Positions 21,901 through 30,900 of a DNA stretch of 32,000 nucleotides are shown here, piece by piece (within the stretch, counting starts at the first letter, position 1; each line of letters starts with the position of its first letter). The position numbers and the translations under genes were made by a program. Under the pieces are notes generated by a model. The model had not been told where the DNA came from. It searched no databases and saw only the letters and a program-made list of their open reading frames with translations. Source of the DNA: Chrysochromulina tobinii (taxonomy: Eukaryota); the NCBI GenBank assembly GCA_001275005.1, contig JWZX01003258.1, positions 7,533-39,532 of the forward strand, read 5' to 3'.

Positions 21901-24900
21901 CATTGCCTGGAGTTGATTGCGCAGCTCGACGGCGCCAAGCGAGTCAATACCCGCCTCCATCAGCGGAGCATCCGCATCGACTGCGCCAGCCGCTGTCTGC
22001 TTCACAAGCTCGAGCACCGTCTCGAGGGATACCGCACGGGCTGTCGACGAGAGTCGAGATGCCTTGGGCGTATGCATCTCCGAAATGGGTGCGAGGTTCC
22101 TCAGGTTCGTATGGGGAGATATGAGCATGGATAGGAGCGCCGGCGGGACAGCACCACCGCCCACGAAGCGGCTCCATGTCACTTGCAAGACGCCAACCAC
22201 TGCCGAGCTCTTCGCCTCTAACAATGTCGAGAGTGCGGCCAAGCCCTGTGCCAAGCTGAGCTGTCCAAAGCCAGCGGTCGCCTTCCACATCGCCGCCACC
22301 CGCTCGCTCGCCGCACCCCGTGCTGCCATACCTACCTCTGCCCATGCACCCCACTGCACGCTCAGTGAAGCACGGCCGTGGCGACGTCGGAAGGCCGAGA
22401 GCGAGTCTAGACATGCATTGGCAGACGCATAATTCGCCTGGCCTGCGCCACCTAGCAGCGCCGCCACCGATGAGAACAGCACGAAAGATCCAATGGCCCT
22501 CGTATGCATGGCAGAGTGCAGACTCCACGCGCCTTGCGCCTTGGGGGCGTACACGCGTACGAGACTGCTGGCGTCCTGTCGAGGCAGCACGGCGTCAGCA
22601 AGCACGCCAGCTGCGTGCCACACACCTCCGACTGATGGCAGCACCGATGCAAGCCGCCGATTGTGGGATACGTCGGAGGTGTCACACCGCTCAAGAACCG
22701 CATCAGCGCTGCTGGCCTGCAGGGCCTTCCACTCCGCGTCACCTGTGCGGGCGAGCATGCCGCTGCGTGAAGCGAGAGCGAGGCGCTTGGCACCGCGCCC
22801 AGCGAGCCATCGAGCCGTTAGCAGACCTAGACCACTTGTGCCGCCAGTGACGAGCTGCGTCTTGGATTGGCCTTCGAGCGCACTAGCTCCCCTCATCGGC
22901 TCACAAAGCACTACCTTGCCTATGTGGTGGCCGCCTTGGAGGAAGCGGAACGCAAACTCGTATTGGCTTCGCATGTCGAAGCTGCGGAGAGGGAGGCTTG
23001 CTACCACTCCGGAGTTGGCGCGGGTCGATAGCAGGAGGAGCACACGCTGCGTCCACCAAGGCTGCCTCGTCGTCTCAGCATCCAGCGCAATCGCCTCAAA
23101 CGTTGTGCAGGGCGCTGCTGCGACGTGCCGCGTCGTGGACCAGATGCTTCGCTTGCCGATCTCCTCGAGGGCGCCACCCTCGGTCAGGCATGCAAACGAC
23201 GTGCTGATGAAGTCGCCGGACAAGCTGTTGAGAACGGCGTGGCACCGTCCCGACTCGAGCAGGCGTGCACTGCCCGCGGCAAATGCCGACGCATCGCGCG
23301 AGCTGCACAGAAGACGCGCACCCATGGACCGCACGTACGCGTGCTTATGCGGACGCCCAGCTGTGCCCAAGATGCTGACGCCCAACCACTGAGCATACTC
23401 CAGACTCTTCAACCCCACACCACCAGCAGCAGCATGGACCACCAGGCTGTGGCCCGAACGCAGCAAGGCGCGCCCGAGTGACACGTGTGTGGTGATCCAT
23501 GTCACCGGCAGCGTGCAGCACTGCTCGAACGAGAGTGGCGCTGGCTTGCAGGCGACAAGCCGGGCATCCGCGTAGGCGTAGCTCGCCAAGGGCGCACGAG
23601 CCATCCCAAAGACAGGCGTGTGGCGCGCATGCAACTGTGTGACGCCGGGATCGATCACGATGCCTGCCACGTCGGCTCCCGGAGGACCGGGCTCCCCCGG
23701 ATACTCTCCAAGCACATTGAGAACATCGCGAAAGTTGAGGCCGATAGTCCGGACGCGTAGCTTGACCTCGGCACCGCTCTCCGCACGCATGAGCGGTTGA
23801 CGCTCGAGGGACAAGTTGCTGATTGCGCCGCGAGAGTGCAAGTGCACACGCACGGGACCATCTGGTGGGGCCGTAAAGTCCGTCAGCCGAGGAACTGAGA
23901 TTGCGGACGAGTTGATGAGCACCGCCTCGGGCTCTGGAAGCGATGCTGCACGCTCAAGCGCTGGCCTCGCTTGCCCATCGATGGACAGCACAGCAATCAA
24001 CGACTCTACGCGCGCCGTTCGCGCCAAACCCCACGATCCAGCATGCGTGATGCTCGGCATGCGAGTCATTGCGTGCTGTGCGCCCAGCGTGAGCAGCCAC
24101 ACGGCAGGTGGCGCTTCGCTGGCGGCTTGAGCCTGCACCAGCGCAAACGCAGCATCGAGCGCGGCCAATGCGTTGCACGCCGCCTGCCCCCGCTGCAAGA
24201 ACGCCAACGTCGCCACGGCGTGCCATCTTATTGCCGCCACGGCACGCCCACTTGCAACCGTTTGCGCCGCAGCCGCACGAGACGTCCATGCCTGTGCGCC
24301 TGTCGCAAGCACTGCAATCCCGCCGTCGGTGCCATCGGTCTGACGCATCGCAGAGGAGTCTAGCTTGTGCCACTTGATAACATACAGGTCTCGCCGTGCA
24401 AGTGCATCTGCGCGCAGCACTCTCGACTTGAACCCATCAAGCCGGGTCGGCGATGAACCATCACGGCAGCTGAGAAAGACAGATACTGCCTCGCCTCCTT
24501 GACGCGCCACGGCTGCCCACAATTCGCCAGAGGCTCCATGCAGCCGCGCCTCGTCCACTGAGAACGGCAAACGCGGCATCCCGCCGTGGCCCCTGTCCGA
24601 GACCAGACTGGTCAAGGAGAGCGCGCCATCCAGATCAGCCGGGTGCACGTGTCCAGCTGGCTGAGCTGAGCGGTTCCGAAGACGAGCGGTGGCCAGCCCA
24701 TGGCCTTCGACCCATGCCCGATCCAGAGTGCGGAATCCGGGGCCGTACTGCAAGCCAATCGCATCGAACCTGTCGTACAACGAGCTCATCTCGAAGGCGC
24801 GAGCACCGACGTGCGCACGAGCCAGCGCGTGATCAAACGAGCCCCTGTTCTCGTCGTATGAGCATACTCGCATGATACCCGAGCAGTGCACTGCCGCATC

Positions 24901-27900
24901 CATAAGCATGCCACCCGTGCCAACCTCGCCGCTGCACGCCTCAAAACGGCCCCCTGCGACCTTGCAGTCGAGATGCACGCCACTCGCCTCGATGCCAAGC
25001 GGCTGCAGGAAGACGACGTCACACAGTGCCGGAGCAGTCGACTTTGAGAGAGCGACACTTGCTGCTGCGCGTGCCAGCTCGAGGTATCCCGAGCCAGGGA
25101 AGATGATGCGACCTTGCACCACGTGATCGGCAACAGCAGAGAGCAGCGGGCCGGCAACGGCCGCGCGGAACAGGTGCGTCTCACCTGAGGATGACACGTG
25201 TCGCAGCCCAAGCGAAAGTGGCTGCTCACGCCAGCCGTAGGAGCGCCGAACATATGTGAGCGGCGAAAGCGTCACGTGGTGGCTCCTCCCGCCCGAATCA
25301 CTGCGCTGGAGCAGCGCGTGCGCAATCGTGCCGCTGTACCCAAACGAGCTCACACCTCCGGATTGCTCGCGCTCGACGGCCGATTGTACCACGAAAGCAC
25401 ACTTCGTGCCTCGCAGCGCTCCTGCCACGTGGGGGTTCAGTCCGCGGAGCTGCGCATTCGGAGGAGCCTGCCCGTTGAGCCTGATGAGCAGCGATGCCAG
25501 CCCTGCCATGCCAGCGGTCGCTTCGGTGTGACCGAGATTGGCCTTAATGCCACTCGGAGTGAGTGCGCCATCGGCGCGCTGAGAGCGCACGAACGCGGCG
25601 ACTGAGCCCACCTCGATTGGATCGCCAAGAGGGGTGCCTGTGCCATGTGTCTCGACCACAGACAGCGAGGCAGCTGTGGTGCCAGTACCGTGTGCCGCCT
25701 GCAGCAGCCCCAACTGCGCCTGGCCGTTGGGTGCCGTCAAACTCGCGCTTCGCCCATCTTGACGAACGGAGACTCTTTGCATGGTTGGTAAGTTTGTGTT
25801 TGAGGGCTCCGGTGGCTGCTTGCACCGCGCGACGAGAAGCAGCGCACAGCACCCCTCTCCCCGTACAAAGCCGTCCGCACGTCGATCAAATGTGTGGCAC
25901 CGCCCCTTGATCGATGTCATGCCCGCAATGGCCATGCTCACCGAAGTCGACTGGAGCAACATCATGCTCACTCCCGCGGCCACGTGCATCTCGCAATTCT
26001 CTTGGATGACGCCGGAGAGCGCCGAACCGCATGCCACGAGCGATGCCGAGCACGCCGTCTCAATCGAGATGCACGGGCCGTGCAGCCCAAGTGCATACGA
26101 GACGCGGCCCGAGGCAATCGAAAGCGCTGCGCCAGTTGCAGCGTAGACGCTTCGGCCCAGAGGGCTGTGCTCGAGGACTTGCACGAATTCGTTCCAGCAG
26201 ATCCCCAAAGCGACGCCTGTTGAGCTCCCGAGAAGCTCTGGCTTGCGCTTGCCAGAAGCATGCAGCGCTTCGTAGCTCATCTCCAAGACGAGCCGCTGCT
26301 GGGGATCGGTCGCCTGCGCTTCCCGAGCCGAGATGTCAAAGCGCTCCGCGTCAAAGAGCTCCGCACCGACCATGAAGGCCCCGTGCCATGTGCGCCGGCT
26401 GGTCATCTCATCCACCCAGTCTGGAAGATGGTGTGCCTCCCAGCGTGACTGCGGCACCTGACGCACTACATCGTGGCCGGTGACAGCAACCTCGAGCAGT
26501 GCAATCGACGAGACAACGGACCCTGGCAGCTTGCAGCTGACCCCCGAGACGATTGCGCCAGGCAGCACGCCCTGCGTTTGATGGCTCGCAACTGTCGGGC
26601 TCACACTGTTGAGAAGCGCGAGGATGGAGTGCAATGACCTATGCGACTCTCTCGGTGCCGGCTGTCGCGCATGATCCTGCTGCTGCTGCTGCTGCACGTG
26701 CTGCTCCAGCTGCCGCAGGGTGGGAAAGTCGAACACGACCGTCTCCGGCAGCAGATCGCCGTCGCCAAGCCGTGCCATCAACTGGTTGCGCAGCTCAACT
26801 GCTCCAAGCGAGTCGATGCCGGCTTCCATGAAAGGAAGGTCCGCACTAATGCCGGGCAAAAGCACCTCCACGGCCTCGCGCACGGCGGCCATAGCGTCTG
26901 ATGCCTTGGATGTGGCCACGGGGTCTGGCTCGCTGCTACCCCCAAGCAAGCTGGACAACACCGCTTGCAGGTCCTCATCGCGATCGAGTAGCCTTCGTGC
27001 CGGTGATGTAAGCGGCCGAGTAACGTACTGCAAGCATGCCATCCCATGGTACGCGTACACGCGCGCGGGGCGGCTCGCCGCCTCGCAAGGCTGCGCCATC
27101 AGGGCGCTCGATCGCGGTGGGGCGCTGACCTCTCGGAGCGAGAAGGCGTCGCGCGGGAAGCCGAGCAACGCCCTAGTGGTGCGCCCGAAACGGCCCTCGT
27201 TGCCTCTGCTGCAGAGGGCTAGGTAAGCTCTGGCAGAGAGCGGAGTTCGAGCATCGAGCGCCCGAAGCAGCTGACCATCGATACGCTGTGCCGCGCTCGC
27301 GACTCGCGCTGCACACACCCTCGGGCCGACACGTACGATCAACGTGAGCTGTGACGCCAGCTCGCATTCGAGACGCGCCTCGGGAATGGGCATCCATTGA
27401 GCGCATGGCAGCTCCCAGGGTAGTTCGAGGCGCGGGAGACTCCTTTCGGAGAGTGCAGGTCCCACGAGTACCGCGCAGGCCATCGCACCGCCCGGGCCGG
27501 TTTGGTCCGAGCAGACGGCCACAGCAAATCGCCCGTCCCAATGCGCTCCTTGGATCCAGTGGAAGCATCCTTGAAGCGCGGCCATCTCCTGCCCAGGGCA
27601 GGTGTAGACGTCCACACCCTCTACACTAGCCTGGCCGCCACACTCGAGCAAAGCCATGAGCTCAGACTTGATCCCCTTACTCCGATCTAGGGCCGTCTGC
27701 GAGCCTACGCACAAATACCCAATCTGCTCGGGCGACAGGTTTTGGGTGCGCATCAGCCGGTGGAGTGCGGTCAGCGCCATGGAGACCACATCCTCGTCCT
27801 CGCCGCACCCACTGTAGCATTCCATCAAACCTTCGAGGCTGCTGCCGATTGTGGATCCTTCTAGGCTGGCCCTCGACGCGCTTGCCCATCCAGCAGCGCG

Positions 27901-30900
27901 CACGCAGTGGCGCGGCACATAGACCTCGACGGCGCGCACACTGCCGAATCGCGCCGTCTTGGCGCCGGCTGCGCACGGCTTCGAGGGGCGCAGAGAGCGC
28001 AGGATGGCTGGGACTACTGAAGGACTCGTGCTCATCTTCCGAGGAAGCCGTGGGACTCTGCTCTCGGCGCACGCGGACAGCATGCCAAGGAGCAAGTTGC
28101 ACTCGGGACCGCTGCCGGTCGGGAACGCCATCAAATACCGCTCGCTCGCCATCAGATACCGCTCGCTCGCCATCGAGCGGGTGGGAGAGGGAGGATCCCT
28201 AGTGAGGCTTAGCATGCATTTGAGCCCGATCGCCGCATGCTGCGCCAACCACGTGGCACGCTCGACTGCGGCATGCATGGTGCTCTTGCCCGCTGGTTGG
28301 ACTTGAGTCAGGAGGCCCTGCCGCTGCGCCTGAAACGCGTTCTTATGGGGGGATCCGATCCGAAAGTCGGCGGCTTCCCAAACAATCTTTGCGAGCCCGT
28401 CGAGCTCTGTGTCGGCGGAGCAGACGATGGGTACGCCAAACGAGTGCAGCGCCGCCATGGCGTCCTGCACACGCAAGATGTCGCGTGCTGAGGGCCGCAT
28501 GCCATCGAGCGGCGAAACCGCTGACTCGTTGCCAAAGTGGATGACGACCGCTCGTAGCGCCGCGCCCACCCAAGCAATGGACGCCAACATGGACTCCACA
28601 TTGAAGGCGACGCGGGGCAGAGTGAGTACGACGACCCCTGATTGTTCCACGATGGCTGCCTGGATCGGCGCTTGGCCCCTTGCCGAAGCTGGTCGTGCGG
28701 TAGTAGCGGCCTTGGAAGGGTTCGTGGCGGGGGCAGTCCGATTTCGTTGAAGGCGCAGCGCCTCCATCGCCAGCTCAGCCGCTTCGCCCTCCACTCGGAT
28801 GAGGCCGAGGCGCCTCGTCTCAGTCCATCGCTGCACGCCGTCCGACGCGTGGCACAGCGCCACCACTGGCTGCCGAGCTCCACGGAGCGCCGTACCGAGC
28901 GTCGCCTGTGCAGGCGATGCATCCCAGCATGTGGAAGCGGGAGGGCTCCACGCCATGCAAAAGTCCACGTGGTCGCGAGCAGTTGCGGCATGGCGCGAGC
29001 GCAGCGGAGCCGGAACTGGCATCACTTTGGCCTCCACCGAAGAGCCGATGCCATCGAGCACGCGCCCGGAGTCCATCGAACGCGCCAGTTGGAGGCCACC
29101 GTTGACGAGCAGGCACTCGGTGTGAAGGACCACTTCACGAGCGAGCAACTCCACATCAGTCGCAAGGCGCAAGGCGACGAGGTCTGACGCTCGACCGCGA
29201 GTCACCAGAAGGTGGCACAGTTGCTCGGCGCGTCGCTTGGTCGACGTCACACCGGTGCAGACTTCATGCACGAGCCCAAGTTGCATTGCTGCCGTGGCAC
29301 TGATGGGTTGATCCATCAAGTAGAAGGCCAGAGCTCGCTCAGTGCCGACGATGGCTTTGAGGCTACGGCTAAAGCCTGCCACAGGGCACACGCCCCGAGA
29401 CAGATTCCCGTGCTGAAAGCTGGCCTCGCTCTCGGCAAGGCGTGCGTCGGCCTGCAAGAACATTGCCACGCCGCCGCCGACGAGGGCGCCGTGCGCGGCG
29501 CACACGACCGGCACGGGCAAGTTGGCTAGCTCGACGAACCCGAGCACCTTGTAATCAAAGATGAAGCGCGCCAGGCCGGCAAGGGAGGTGGGCGCGCCAG
29601 GCGTGTGCGGCGAGGCGCCCGCGCAGAAGACACGCCCGGCGGCTTGCCAACACACCGCTCTCAGCGCTGGCTGTGCGCGCAAGAAGTTGACAGCGCGATG
29701 CATATCGTCACCCAAGGGCCAGCTCATCGTGTTGAAGCGGGCCGGATCAGCGAGCTCCAGCACCGCCACGCCAGTGTTCTCATCGAAGAGCAGCCGGACG
29801 AGCGTACCTGATGAGGGAGGCCATCAGAGGTCATCAGAGGTCATCAAGAGGCAATCACCCCGGACGAGCGTACCGAGATCGCGACCTCGCTCGCGCCCGC
29901 GCGTGTCGAGCGCGCCGAGCGCCAAGAGGGAGAGCTCTGCTGAGGCCTCGGCTTGAAGTGCGAGCTGCTCGACCAAAGGTGAAGTCATCGTTGGAGGTGG
30001 CAGCGGAGCGGGAACGCTCGGCAAATGGTCTGCTAGAGGTGGTGGGGGGGAAGCTCCGAGGAGACCGCAAGTGGCGCGCGCGAAAGGCGAAGTCGTCCGG
30101 ACAGCGGCCGGACGCTCGGTCGGCGCGCTCGGCGGTGCGGCCTCTGGCCACCACGGGAACGCGCGCCGCCGAAAGCGTAAGCATGGCGGCCGCGTGCCGT
30201 GACGCTTTCCAAGCCACGCCGTCGCGTCGCACAGAAGCACGACATGGGCGATGGTGCCACTGTATCCAAAGGAGGAGACGCCGATGTGCCTGGCGCGTGC
30301 GCTCGCAGCCAGCCGTTGCGTGGGCAGCTGCGCCCTCATGCCACGGAGTGCCGGATCGACCATCACGTTGCACACGCGCAGCTGAGCATTCCCATTCCCC
30401 ACAGCAGCGAGCTGGTGGAGCGCCATACGAACCATCAGAATGGAGGCGAGCGCTGCGGACGGCTCAGCATGGCCCAGATTCGCCTTGAGGCTGCCAAGTA
30501 TGGGAGCGGTCGCGCCAAGCGCTCTCTCCAAACCGCCAGCCTCAGTCGGGTCGCCCAGTGCCGTCCCTGTGCCATGCGTCTCGACCTGCGGCAGCAACGT
30601 GAGCCCCGCGGCCCCGAGGCACTCGCGCACTAAGCGCGCCTGAGACGTGCCGTTCGGGGCGGTGAGGCTGGCACTCTTGCCATCTGCATGGGCAGCGCTG
30701 CTCCCGATGAAGCAGCGACTGCCCTCGTGGAGGAGGATCCCGCCGCCCAGCACCAAATGTTCGGCTCCTCCAGCCTCCTCCACCGCCACCGCCCCGATGG
30801 CCTCGGAGCGCGCGTACCCGTTCGCACGCGCGTCGAAGGTCTTGCAACGGCCGTCCGCGGAGAGCATGCCCGCACGCGCGAACATGAGCGTCGTGTTGGG

